Shown in pieces: positions 46,147-55,979 of a DNA stretch of 64,000 nucleotides; position 1 is the stretch's first letter, and every line of letters starts with the position of its first letter. Location: NCBI GenBank assembly GCA_035635035.1, contig DASQBU010000016.1, forward strand, positions 9,523-73,522, in the 5' to 3' direction. Made by a program: the position numbers and the translations under genes. The DNA is from Pseudomonas sp. Lineage in GTDB: Bacteria > Pseudomonadota > Gammaproteobacteria > Pseudomonadales > Pseudomonadaceae. The notes under the pieces were generated by a model. It ran no database searches. It was given only the letters and a program-made list of their open reading frames with translations, and was not told the origin of the DNA.

Positions 46147-49100
46147 ATGCCCAGCCTGAACCGCATCATCCTGATCAACACCCACCTGCAGGGCGTGGTG
46201 GAACTGGTCGTGGACGACCACACCAACATCTGCGGCACCAACGCCTCCGGCAAGACCACCCTGCAGCGCCTGGTGCCGGTGTTCTACGGCGAATATCCGA
46301 GCCGCGTGGTGCCGGCCACCCGCGACAGCTTCGAGCGCTGGTACCTGCCCACCGAGCAGAGCTTCATCGTCTACGAGTACCGGCGCATGGACGACCAGCT
46401 GTGCCAGGCGGTGCTGGCCGCCGCCAGCGACGGCAAGGGCGTGGCCTATCGCCTGGTGCACAAGGGCTTCGAGCTGGACGACTACATCAAGAGCCGCCAG
46501 GGCGACGCGATCACCTGCCTGAACATGGCCGAGCTGGGCCGCCAGCTCAAGCAGGCCGGCGTGCCGGTCACCACCCTGCTCAACACCCGGCAGTTCCGCG
46601 CCATCATCCAGAACGACCGCAGCCTGCTCGCCGCCGACGGCCAGCGCAGCGAGCTGCGCGCCTGGGCACGCCAGTTCTCGTTGTGCGACGGCGAGCACTC
46701 GCTGCGCCACATCGAGAAGCTGGCCCGCGCCGTGCATTCGCGCGAAGGCAAGATGGAGACCGTCAAGTCGATGGTCGCCGCCATCCTCGAGGAGGACGGC
46801 GTCAGCCCGCCGGCCACCCACCTCAACCTGCAGCGGGTCGAGGACTGGATTCGCGACAGCCGGCTGATCCAGGGCTTCAACGCCATTCGCCCGGAGTTCC
46901 ACAAGCTGGAGCGCGAGCACCAGGACCTGCTCGCCAACGAGTCGCGCCTGGGCAGCCTGCTGCTCGGCTACAAGGCCGACGAGCCGCGCCTGTACCTGCG
47001 CCAGGAGGAAACCGGCGCGGTCATCGAGCAGACCGGCTTCCGCCTCGGCCAACTGGAGGAGCGCTGGAAGGAGCAGCGCGACAGCCTCAACCAGGAGCTG
47101 TCCGCCGCCCGGGGCGACATCGGCCGCATCGAGGACGAACTGGACCAGATCGAGAGCCAGTACCAGGCCTACCTGGACGCCGATATCGACCAGGCCAAGG
47201 CCGATCTGGAGCAGCTCGGCGCCTGGCAGGACGACCTGGGCAACCTGCAGGCGCGCCACCGCCTGCTCACCGAGCAGCACCAGGACGTCGAGCGCGCCTG
47301 GCTGGAGCGCTGCCAGGCGATCAAGGACCAGCGCGAGCTCGCCCTCGAGCAGCTGCGCGGCCAGGAGGATGCCCTGCGCGAGGAGCGCGACGCCCAGAAG
47401 ATGCAGCAGGACGACGCCCTGCAGGCCCTGGAGAAGGCCTTCAGCGAGCGCCGCCAGCAGGGCCAGGAAGACTTCACCCGGCGCGAATACGCCCTGAAGC
47501 TGGAGCGCGGCCGCCTCGATCAGCAGATCGCCAGCGTCGGCTACAGCGAGGAGGAAAACCTCAGCCTGACCATCCTCGACCACCGCCTGGAGGAGGCCGA
47601 CGAGAAGGTCGAGACGGCCGAGGCCAGGATCCGCCAGCTGGAAAACCAGGAGCGCCAGCTGCGCGCCCGCCGCGAGGAAGCCAACAGCGCCTTTACCCTC
47701 GGCGGCCGGCGAGTGGCCGAGCGCCAGGAGCAGCTCGACGACCTCGAGCGCATGCTCTACCCCGGCCAGCACACCCTGCTGGAGTTCCTGCGCCGCGAGC
47801 AGCCCGGCTGGGAAGCCCGGCTCGGCAAGGTGATCGATCCGGCGCTGCTGCAGCGCGACGACCTCAAGCCGGCCCTCGGCGACAGCGCCGCGGACAGCCT
47901 GTTCGGCCTGCACCTCGACCTGAACGTCCTCGACATCCCCGCCTGCGCGGCCAGCGAGCCGGAGCTGCGCCAGCGCCGACAGCTCGCCGAGGACGCCCTG
48001 CAGGACGCCCGGCACCAGCAACAGGCCGCCGAAGGCCAGCTGATCGAGGCCACCGCCGCCCTCGACGAGCTGCAGCGCCAGCTGGTGGTGGCGCGCAGCG
48101 AGGCGCAGAACCGTCGCGACGACCGCCAGCGCCTGAAGGAGGAGCGGCGCAGCCAGAAGGACAAGCTGGACGCCGCCGTCCAGGAGCGCCGCGCCCAGGC
48201 GCGCAAGCAGCTGGTCGAGCTCGACAACGCGCTCAAGCTGCTGGCCGGCGAGCACGACGGCTGGCTGGCCGAGCTGAAGACCCAGCACAGCGAGGCACGC
48301 CTGGAAACCTCCGCCCACTGGCAGCAGGTGCTCGGCAGCCTCGACGGCCAGATCCGCCAGCTCAAGGCCAGCGCCGACGAGCGCCGCGACAAGGCCAAGG
48401 CCGAACTGGCCGAATGCGAGCGCTGGTATCGCGCCGAGCTGAAGTCACGCGGCGTGGACGAAACCGCCATCCTCGAACTGAAGCGGCAGATCACCGCGCT
48501 GGGCGAGCGGATCAGCCGCACCGAACAGCGGCGTGGCGAAGTGCTGCGCTATGACGACTGGTACCGGCACACCTGGCTGCAGCGCAAGCCCAAGCTGCAG
48601 GGCGAACTGGGCGCCAGCCGCAGCCGCGCCAGCGAGCTGGACCAGCAGCTGAAGGCGGCCAGCGACGCCTACAAGGCCGAGCGCAGCCAGCTGGAAAGCG
48701 CACGCCTGCAGGCCGTGCAGCAGAAAGGCGCCCTCGACGAGGCCCTGACCCGGCTGAAGGCCCTGCTGCGCCGCCTCGGCGAGCTGAAGCTGCCGCGCGA
48801 CGGCGAGATCGCCGAGGGCGAGCTGGACGAGCGCCTGCGCCTGGGTGAGGAGCTGCTGCACGCCCGCGAGCAGATGCTCGCCGCCATCAAGGCCCACGTG
48901 GAGCGCTTCGACAGCCTGATCGCCGCGCAGACCGGCTCCAGCCTGGCGGAGACCTGGGCGCGCAGCCGCGAGGAGTGCACCCAGGCCAACGAGCGCGGCA
49001 TCCCCACGCTGAACTACCGGCGCCTGGTGCCGCACTTGGAGCAACTGCTCAACGTGCTGGTGCCGCAGAGCCTCACCGCCCTGCGCGAACAGGGGCGGAT

Positions 49101-49821
49101 CTTCGGCCTCGAGCTGCACGGCTACTACGAGGTGCTGGCCGACATCGACCGCAAGATCGGCACCCAGAGCGCGCGGATCACCCGCGAGGTCAGCGAGGAG
49201 CTGTTCCTCGACGGCGTGTCGGAGTCCGCGGTGCGCATCCGCTCGCGGATCAGCGAGCTGGAGTTCTGGCCGGAGCTGCAGGCCTTCATCAAGGCGTTCC
49301 GCGCCTGGCGCGAGCAGGGCTTCAGCGAGCTGCCCGGCGAGGACTACACCGCCGGCATGCGCCACGCCCTGGACATCATCGGCCGCTCGGCGCTGAGCGG
49401 CGGCATCGCCGGCCTGCTGGAAATCGAGCTGCGCCTGCGCGAGGGCAACAGCGACCTGGTGATCCGTACCGACCGCCAGCTCAACGAATCCTCCAGCCAC
49501 GGCATGGCCTACCTGATCCTCTGCAAGTTCCTGCTGGCCTTCACCCGCCTGCTGCGCGGCAATGCGCCGGCCACCATCCACTGGCCGATCGACGAGCTGG
49601 GCACCCTGCACCACAACAACGTGAAGAAGATCTTCGACGCCTGCTCGAGCAACAACATCCGCATCCTCGGCGCCTTCCCCAACCCGGACTCCGAGGTGCT
49701 GTCGCTGTTCGCCAACCGCTACATCGTCAACAAGCAGACCCGCCAGCTGCAGGTGGTCAAGCCGCAGCTGGACGTCATCGCCGAGAAACTCAAGAGCCGC
49801 CAAACCGGGGAGATCGCCTAA
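46147..49821 (+). CDS. SMC/MukB-like coiled-coil ATPase (MksB/JetC-like, probably DUF3584 family), 1224 aa
   Basis: RBS AAAGGA; Walker A GTNASGKT (46234-46257); two long coiled-coil arms around a short globular segment; degenerate signature SSHGM (~49490-49506); Walker B IHWPIDE (~49576-49596). The family name is from memory. Confidence 0.88.
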   Translation: MPSLNRIILINTHLQGVVELVVDDHTNICGTNASGKTTLQRLVPVFYGEYPSRVVPATRDSFERWYLPTEQSFIVYEYRRMDDQLCQAVLAAASDGKGVAYRLVHKGFELDDYIKSRQGDAITCLNMAELGRQLKQAGVPVTTLLNTRQFRAIIQNDRSLLAADGQRSELRAWARQFSLCDGEHSLRHIEKLARAVHSREGKMETVKSMVAAILEEDGVSPPATHLNLQRVEDWIRDSRLIQGFNAIRPEFHKLEREHQDLLANESRLGSLLLGYKADEPRLYLRQEETGAVIEQTGFRLGQLEERWKEQRDSLNQELSAARGDIGRIEDELDQIESQYQAYLDADIDQAKADLEQLGAWQDDLGNLQARHRLLTEQHQDVERAWLERCQAIKDQRELALEQLRGQEDALREERDAQKMQQDDALQALEKAFSERRQQGQEDFTRREYALKLERGRLDQQIASVGYSEEENLSLTILDHRLEEADEKVETAEARIRQLENQERQLRARREEANSAFTLGGRRVAERQEQLDDLERMLYPGQHTLLEFLRREQPGWEARLGKVIDPALLQRDDLKPALGDSAADSLFGLHLDLNVLDIPACAASEPELRQRRQLAEDALQDARHQQQAAEGQLIEATAALDELQRQLVVARSEAQNRRDDRQRLKEERRSQKDKLDAAVQERRAQARKQLVELDNALKLLAGEHDGWLAELKTQHSEARLETSAHWQQVLGSLDGQIRQLKASADERRDKAKAELAECERWYRAELKSRGVDETAILELKRQITALGERISRTEQRRGEVLRYDDWYRHTWLQRKPKLQGELGASRSRASELDQQLKAASDAYKAERSQLESARLQAVQQKGALDEALTRLKALLRRLGELKLPRDGEIAEGELDERLRLGEELLHAREQMLAAIKAHVERFDSLIAAQTGSSLAETWARSREECTQANERGIPTLNYRRLVPHLEQLLNVLVPQSLTALREQGRIFGLELHGYYEVLADIDRKIGTQSARITREVSEELFLDGVSESAVRIRSRISELEFWPELQAFIKAFRAWREQGFSELPGEDYTAGMRHALDIIGRSALSGGIAGLLEIELRLREGNSDLVIRTDRQLNESSSHGMAYLILCKFLLAFTRLLRGNAPATIHWPIDELGTLHHNNVKKIFDACSSNNIRILGAFPNPDSEVLSLFANRYIVNKQTRQLQVVKPQLDVIAEKLKSRQTGEIA

Positions 49822-50456
49822 TGCTCTCGACCAAGGGACAAGTGATCGAGCGCCTGCTCCAGGGCGACTTCATCTGCCGCACCACCGACGAGGACGCCTG
49901 GCGCTTCCTGAAGACCCCGGGCAACCGCGAGCAGGTCGATGACTACCTGGCCCCCCTCAACCGCCTGGTGGCCAGTCTCGGCAGCGACAGCGACGTGTTC
50001 TTCTGCGCCTACCGCCAGCTGGGCGAGGACGAGCGCAAGGTGATCGGCCAGCAGTTCCGCGACATCTGCAGCGCCCTGACCCCGCTGGTGGAGTGGCTGG
50101 TGCTGGTCCAGGAGGCCAGCGCCCAGGACGCGCCGCTCACCGAGGGCTCGCCGCTGCGCCTCAACGAGCTGCAGAGCATCGTCGAGGACACCCCGGCGTT
50201 CCGCGAGCAGCTGGCGCGGATCAGCCACTACCGGCTGTTCGGCTCCACCAGCACCACGGTCGATGGCCAGATCAAGCAGGTCTTCAAGCGCCTGTGCGAA
50301 CTGGGCTACCTGGTGCGGCCCAACCCGGACAAGCAGATCTACCTGGGCACCGGCAAGCTGGACTACCTGTATGAGGTGATCCGCTTCATCGACGAGAGCG
50401 AGAGCCTCGACCTGGAAGCGCGCGCCGAAACCGCCAGCCAGGGCAGCCTGCTATGA
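49821..50456 (+). CDS. KITE/MksE(JetB)-like tandem winged-helix protein, 211 aa
   Basis: ATG overlaps the SMC stop (TAATG). VIERLLQGDFIC N-terminus; C-terminal helix-wing FKRLCELGYLVRPNPDKQIY; size and position fit MksE/MukE. Confidence 0.72.
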   Translation: MLSTKGQVIERLLQGDFICRTTDEDAWRFLKTPGNREQVDDYLAPLNRLVASLGSDSDVFFCAYRQLGEDERKVIGQQFRDICSALTPLVEWLVLVQEASAQDAPLTEGSPLRLNELQSIVEDTPAFREQLARISHYRLFGSTSTTVDGQIKQVFKRLCELGYLVRPNPDKQIYLGTGKLDYLYEVIRFIDESESLDLEARAETASQGSLL

Positions 50457-51670
50457 ACGGCAACCTGCATCAGTCCGGGGTGCGCTTCCTGCGCCAGCTC
50501 GGCCGGCATGCCGAGACGATCATGGACGCCTACCTGTCCGGCTCGCTGCCCGACCAGGCACTGGAACCGGCGGTGCAGGAGCGCCTGGTCAAGGACGGCA
50601 TCCTCTACCGCCCCGAACCCGGCGCCGACCTGCACCTGCGCCGGGTGGTGCGCGCCCTGCTCGAGGAGGCCCTGCGCGACGACCGCAACCGGCAGATCGA
50701 CGCCAATACCGCCGGCACGCTGGCCACCTTCAAGACCCTCGCCGCGCACTACAAGGAAGCCCGCCACCAGGGCGACTACGCCGCGGCGGACGCCTACCTG
50801 GCGGACCTAAAGGAGCACGTCTACGCCTTCGGCGAGACCCTGAGCCACGGCATCCGCGTGCTGTGGAGCCGGATCAACAACGAGTTCGGCTACGTCGGCA
50901 CCCTCAACGCCAAGATCCGCGAGAACGAGCTGGCCCAGGCGCAGGTCAGCGAGCTGCTCGCCGGACTGGAGATGATCAGCTTCGAGGAGCTGGCCGACAC
51001 CGCCGGCGACCTGCGCGAACTGCGCCGCCTGCTGGTCACCAGCCTGCAGCGCACGGTCAGCGCCTGCTCCCAGGAGCTGAGCATCGTCCAGGGCCGCCTG
51101 CTGGAGCTGCTCGGCCGCTTCCGCCAGATCCGCGGGCGCACCCGCCTGCTCAAGGGCTGGCTGCTGCACACGGAGCAGCAACCGGACTACCAGGTGGGCA
51201 ACCATGCCGCCCAGCAGCAGGTGCCGCAGCTGTTCAACCAGGCCGCGGCGATCCTCGCCCCGGCCGCGGTGGACATCCACAACCCGCTGCACGAGACGGA
51301 GCTGCTCAGCCTGGTAGCGCAGCTCCGCCCGCTGCAGGCGGAGCGTCTCGCGCCAGCACCGAGCGAGGCCGGCGAATTCGTGCTCGGCGAGGTGGAAGCC
51401 TTCGAGATCGCGCCCAACCCGATCCGCGCGGCGGTGTCGGCCTACTTCTGCCAGGTCATCGACAGCGGCCAGCCGATCTCGGCGCTGGCCTGGCGGACGC
51501 AGCAGGCGCTGCCCTGGGACGAGGAAAGCTGGCTGTACCAGGTGATCGGCGGCTACGAGGGCCTGCCGGAGGAGCAGAAGCGCCACTTCGAGCTGGACCC
51601 GCTCGGCGAGCCCCACCCGGTCTACAGCGGCAACTTCATCGTGCGGGATGTGCGGCTATGGCTGGCCTGA
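50453..51670 (+). CDS. Kleisin/MksF(JetA)-like protein, 405 aa
   Basis: ATGA overlap with the previous gene. N-terminal winged-helix-like LVKDGILYR, long central helical bundle, Pro/Ala-rich linker and compact C-terminal domain. The assignment rests on architecture and context. Confidence 0.62.
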   Translation: MNGNLHQSGVRFLRQLGRHAETIMDAYLSGSLPDQALEPAVQERLVKDGILYRPEPGADLHLRRVVRALLEEALRDDRNRQIDANTAGTLATFKTLAAHYKEARHQGDYAAADAYLADLKEHVYAFGETLSHGIRVLWSRINNEFGYVGTLNAKIRENELAQAQVSELLAGLEMISFEELADTAGDLRELRRLLVTSLQRTVSACSQELSIVQGRLLELLGRFRQIRGRTRLLKGWLLHTEQQPDYQVGNHAAQQQVPQLFNQAAAILAPAAVDIHNPLHETELLSLVAQLRPLQAERLAPAPSEAGEFVLGEVEAFEIAPNPIRAAVSAYFCQVIDSGQPISALAWRTQQALPWDEESWLYQVIGGYEGLPEEQKRHFELDPLGEPHPVYSGNFIVRDVRLWLA

Positions 51671-52491
51671 GCGCACGCCACCTGCAAGCGATCCATACCC
51701 TGCTGCGCAACCGCGGGGACACGGTGCCCCTCAACGCCACCTGGCAACAGATACAGCGCGTGCTCGAGGTCGGCGAGCCGCGCGGGAAGACCCTGTATTT
51801 CGATGCGGACATGCTGCGGGTCCTGCGCACCGAAGCCAGCCGCGCCGCAGGTAGCGACCTGCTGGCCAACGTCCCCGGCGGCGATCGCCTGCACACCGCC
51901 CGCTCGGGCTTCATCGACGAAAAGCTCGCGCCCCAGCGTCCCGATGCCGGCTATGTGCTGGTCAAGGGCGCCCTGCCCGCCCCGTTGCCACAACTGGCCC
52001 CGGAACTGAGCCTGCGCGTGCCGCTCAGCAGTCTCGAACTCACCGCCATCGAGCAGGTGCTGGTGATCGAGAACCTGGACTGCTTCGACAACTGCCATCA
52101 GTACCGTTTGCCGGAGGCTGCCGGCCGCTCGCTGGTGGTCTATCGCGGCCACGACGCGCAGGCCAAGGGGATGCTGCAACTGCTGAGCAGCCTGCCGCCC
52201 ACCACGCCGATCGTCTGCTTCCCCGACTACGATCCGGCAGGGCTGGGCATCGCCCTGGCCTTGCCGCGCTGCGACGCGCTGCTGGTCCCCGAGCTCACTC
52301 CCGCCCTGCTGGCCAAGGGCAGCCGGGACGACTTCCTTGAGCAATACCGCAGCATCCGCCATCTGGAAGGCCGCGAACTGGACGGTTGGCAGGCGGTCTG
52401 GGAAGAAATGCTGGGACAACAGCTCAGCATCAAGCAGCAGCACATGCTGGCGCTCGAGGCACCGCTGCGCCTGCTGCCACGGCGCAGCTGA
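51658..52491 (+). CDS. TOPRIM-domain protein (JetD/MksG/TopoVI-A-like putative nuclease), 277 aa
   Basis: ATG at 51658 overlaps the end of the previous gene; TOPRIM glutamate in VLVIENLD (~52069) and DxD in FPDYDPAGLGIA (~52225). Confidence 0.78.
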   Translation: MAGLSARHLQAIHTLLRNRGDTVPLNATWQQIQRVLEVGEPRGKTLYFDADMLRVLRTEASRAAGSDLLANVPGGDRLHTARSGFIDEKLAPQRPDAGYVLVKGALPAPLPQLAPELSLRVPLSSLELTAIEQVLVIENLDCFDNCHQYRLPEAAGRSLVVYRGHDAQAKGMLQLLSSLPPTTPIVCFPDYDPAGLGIALALPRCDALLVPELTPALLAKGSRDDFLEQYRSIRHLEGRELDGWQAVWEEMLGQQLSIKQQHMLALEAPLRLLPRRS

Positions 52492-52510
52492 ATCCACCGT
52501 GCAGAAACGA

Positions 52511-52536
52511 CGAGGCCCGCACACAGGCGGGCCTCG
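52511..52536. terminator. Hairpin between the SMC operon and the convergent thrH
   Basis: CGAGGCCCGC-acacag-GCGGGCCTCG. Confidence 0.7.
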
Positions 52537-52556
52537 ATCTCACCACGGCACAGCGC

Positions 52557-53174
52557 TTACAGGCTGAGCTCGCGCGCCGACGCCTTGAGGAACTCGCGCT
52601 TGAGGTCCTCGTAGGTGTGCACCGCCGGGAACTGCGGGAACTCGCGGATCACGTTGTCCGGGGCGTGGAACAGGATGCCCGCATGGGCCTCGCCGAGCAT
52701 GGTGGTGTCGTTGTACGAATCGCCGGCGGCGATCACGCGGTAGTACAGGCTCTTGAAGGCGATGACCGACTGGCGCTTGGGATCCTTCTGGCGCAGCTGG
52801 TAGTCCACCACGCGGTCGGTCTCGTCGGTGACCAGCTTGTGGCACAGCAGGGCCGGGAAACCGAGCTGGCGCATCAGCGGCTGGGAGAACTCGTAGAAGG
52901 TGTCGGAGAGGATCACCACCTGGAAGCGCTCGCGCAGCCAGTCGACGAACTCCACCGCGCCTTCCAGCGGCTTGAGGGTGGCGATCACTTCCTGGATGTC
53001 GCGCAGCTTCAGGCCGTGCTCGTCGAGGATGCGCAGACGCTGCTTCATCAGCACGTCGTAGTCGGGAATGTCGCGGGTAGTCGCCTTGAGCGCGTCGATT
53101 CCGGTTTTTTCGGCGAAGGCGATCCAGATTTCCGGAACCAGTACACCCTCGAGATCAAGACAGGCGATTTCCAC
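52557..53174 (-). CDS. thrH: Phosphoserine phosphatase / homoserine phosphotransferase (HAD)
   Basis: CLDLEGVLVPEIW, ILSDTF, AAGDSYNDTTML; GTG start. Confidence 0.96.
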   Translation of the reverse strand: MEIACLDLEGVLVPEIWIAFAEKTGIDALKATTRDIPDYDVLMKQRLRILDEHGLKLRDIQEVIATLKPLEGAVEFVDWLRERFQVVILSDTFYEFSQPLMRQLGFPALLCHKLVTDETDRVVDYQLRQKDPKRQSVIAFKSLYYRVIAAGDSYNDTTMLGEAHAGILFHAPDNVIREFPQFPAVHTYEDLKREFLKASARELSL

Positions 53175-53419
53175 AAGACACTCCTCAATATGTAGGCCAA
53201 GGACGGAGGCGGCACTCTAGCGACTTGCCCGGCAGGGCGCAACGCGGCGCTCGTCGGGCCGCGGAAAAAGCCGGCACGCAGCCGATGGGCGCGCTGGCGA
53301 GCACCGCCCGCATATGCCGGATAGTTCACTCGACAGCATCATTTGGTTATTTCAGTGCATAAACGCCCTGCTGCTACCATGGCAGGCACGCCTCACCCAC
53401 GAATCTACCGGACACCCCG

Positions 53420-54154
53420 ATGAGCCAGACCTTCGATGTTGCCGCCCTGGCGGCCGCCTACGCCGACAAATCCCCGCAGGAAGTGCTCAAGCTCGCCTTC
53501 GAGCACTTCGGCGACGAGCTGTGGATCTCCTTCAGTGGCGCCGAAGACGTGGTGCTGGTGGACATGGCCTGGAAGCTGAACAAGAACGTCAAGGTGTTCA
53601 GCCTGGACACCGGCCGCCTGCATGCGCAGACCTATCGTTTCATCGAGCAGGTGCGCGAGCACTACGGCATCGCCATCGAGGTGCTGTCCCCCGATCCGCG
53701 CCTGCTCGAGCCGCTGGTGCGCGAGAAGGGCCTGTTCAGCTTCTACAAGGACGGCCACGGCGAGTGCTGCGGCATCCGCAAGATCGAGCCGCTCAAGCGC
53801 AAGCTGGCCAGCGTGAACGCCTGGGCCACCGGCCAGCGCCGCGACCAGAGCCCCGGCACCCGCAGCCAGGTGGCGGTGCTCGAGCTGGACGGCGCCTTCT
53901 CCAGCGCCGACAAGCCGCTGTACAAGTTCAACCCGCTGGCCAACATGAGCAGCGCCGAGGTGTGGGGCTACATCCGCATGCTGGAGGTGCCCTACAACCC
54001 GCTGCACGAGCAGGGCTACATCAGCATCGGCTGCGAACCCTGCACCCGCCCGGTGCTGCCCAACCAGCACGAGCGCGAGGGCCGCTGGTGGTGGGAGGAA
54101 GCCACCCACAAGGAGTGCGGCCTGCACGCCGGCAACCTGATCGCCAAGAACTGA
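53420..54154 (+). CDS. cysH: Adenosine 5'-phosphosulfate reductase (Fe-S type CysH)
   Basis: SFSGAED, LDTGRL, CC and CxxC (ECCGIRK, GCEPCT), C-terminal ECGLH. Confidence 0.96.
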   Translation: MSQTFDVAALAAAYADKSPQEVLKLAFEHFGDELWISFSGAEDVVLVDMAWKLNKNVKVFSLDTGRLHAQTYRFIEQVREHYGIAIEVLSPDPRLLEPLVREKGLFSFYKDGHGECCGIRKIEPLKRKLASVNAWATGQRRDQSPGTRSQVAVLELDGAFSSADKPLYKFNPLANMSSAEVWGYIRMLEVPYNPLHEQGYISIGCEPCTRPVLPNQHEREGRWWWEEATHKECGLHAGNLIAKN

Positions 54155-54173
54155 CGGCCAACCCGCGGAAACG

Positions 54174-54203
54174 AAAAGCCCGACTCGGCGAGTCGGGCTT
54201 TTT
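54174..54203. terminator. Bidirectional terminator between cysH and cysB
   Basis: AAAAGCCCGACTC-ggc-GAGTCGGGCTTTTT. Confidence 0.85.
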
Positions 54204-54230
54204 CATGGCGGCGCGCTAGCCAGTCGGCGC

Positions 54231-55214
<984 letters not shown>

Positions 55215-55322
55215 TCAACGCAGGAGTTTGGCCGGGGCTGCCTGGGGCCGCCATCTCTTATAACTTTAGGCCTTCATATTTTTATATCTTAGACGAAAAA
55301 TTCTGCTCTGTATGCGCCAATC

Positions 55323-55820
55323 TCACTGCTCGCCGGATACCTCCGGCTGGATCGGCACCAGATAGACCGGCACCCGCACCTGCTGCAGCAACCGCTGGCA
55401 GGTGCGCCCCAGCGCCGACTCGACAGGCATGCTCTGGCTGTGCGAGCCGATCACGATCAGGTCGACCGCCAGGTCCTGCGCCTCCTGCAAGATCACCTGC
55501 GGTGGATCGCCCAGCAGGACCCGCACACCGCGGATCGGCACGCTTTCTCCCGCGCTTTCACGCAACTCGTCACAGAACCCCTCGAAGACCCGCTGCTCGA
55601 TGCCCGCCATCACCCGGTCCAGCCCGCGCAGGCGCAGATCGTTGTAGCTGGCGGCATCCAGGTAGGTCTGCAGCACCGACTCGGCGAACAGCCCGAGCGG
55701 CTCGACCACGTGCAGGACATGGAGATCGGCGCGATGAGTGCGCGCCAGCAACAGGGCATGTTGCAGCACATAGGGGGCGAACAGACCGAGATCGGTGGCA
55801 TAGAGGATGGCGCGAATCAT
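55323..55820 (-). CDS. Universal stress protein (UspA family)
   Basis: ILYATD, LHVVEP, GDPPQVIL, DLIVIGSH...LG...PVYLVP. Confidence 0.9.
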   Translation of the reverse strand: MIRAILYATDLGLFAPYVLQHALLLARTHRADLHVLHVVEPLGLFAESVLQTYLDAASYNDLRLRGLDRVMAGIEQRVFEGFCDELRESAGESVPIRGVRVLLGDPPQVILQEAQDLAVDLIVIGSHSQSMPVESALGRTCQRLLQQVRVPVYLVPIQPEVSGEQ

Positions 55821-55979
55821 CAAGCCTCCGTTGGCGAGAGTTTTGCAGCTCCCCTCAGCGTAGCAGGCGTTCACCCGCGTACTCGCCGCCCATGCCGCGA
55901 CGGAGACCCGCGTCACGGCCTGGCCCGGAACCGCGAAGCCCCCCTCGGCACCGGCGGCGGCTCGGGCGAACAGGCCGCC

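Noticed and set aside
46147-49821. Interpretation as housekeeping Smc, SbcC/Rad50, RecN or Lamassu LmuB
   Set aside because: It has no LSGG signature and no CxxC hook, and there is no adjacent SbcD phosphoesterase or ScpA/B. The partners are two non-enzymatic subunits plus a TOPRIM protein, which fits the Mks/Wadjet class better.
48975-51657. Longer versions of SMC-operon genes 2 and 4 (48975..50456 and 50863..52491), suggesting fusions or frameshifts
   Set aside because: The extensions are off-frame overlaps with genes 1 and 3. Coupled ATGs at 49821 and 51658 give normal proteins, and no slippery site was seen.
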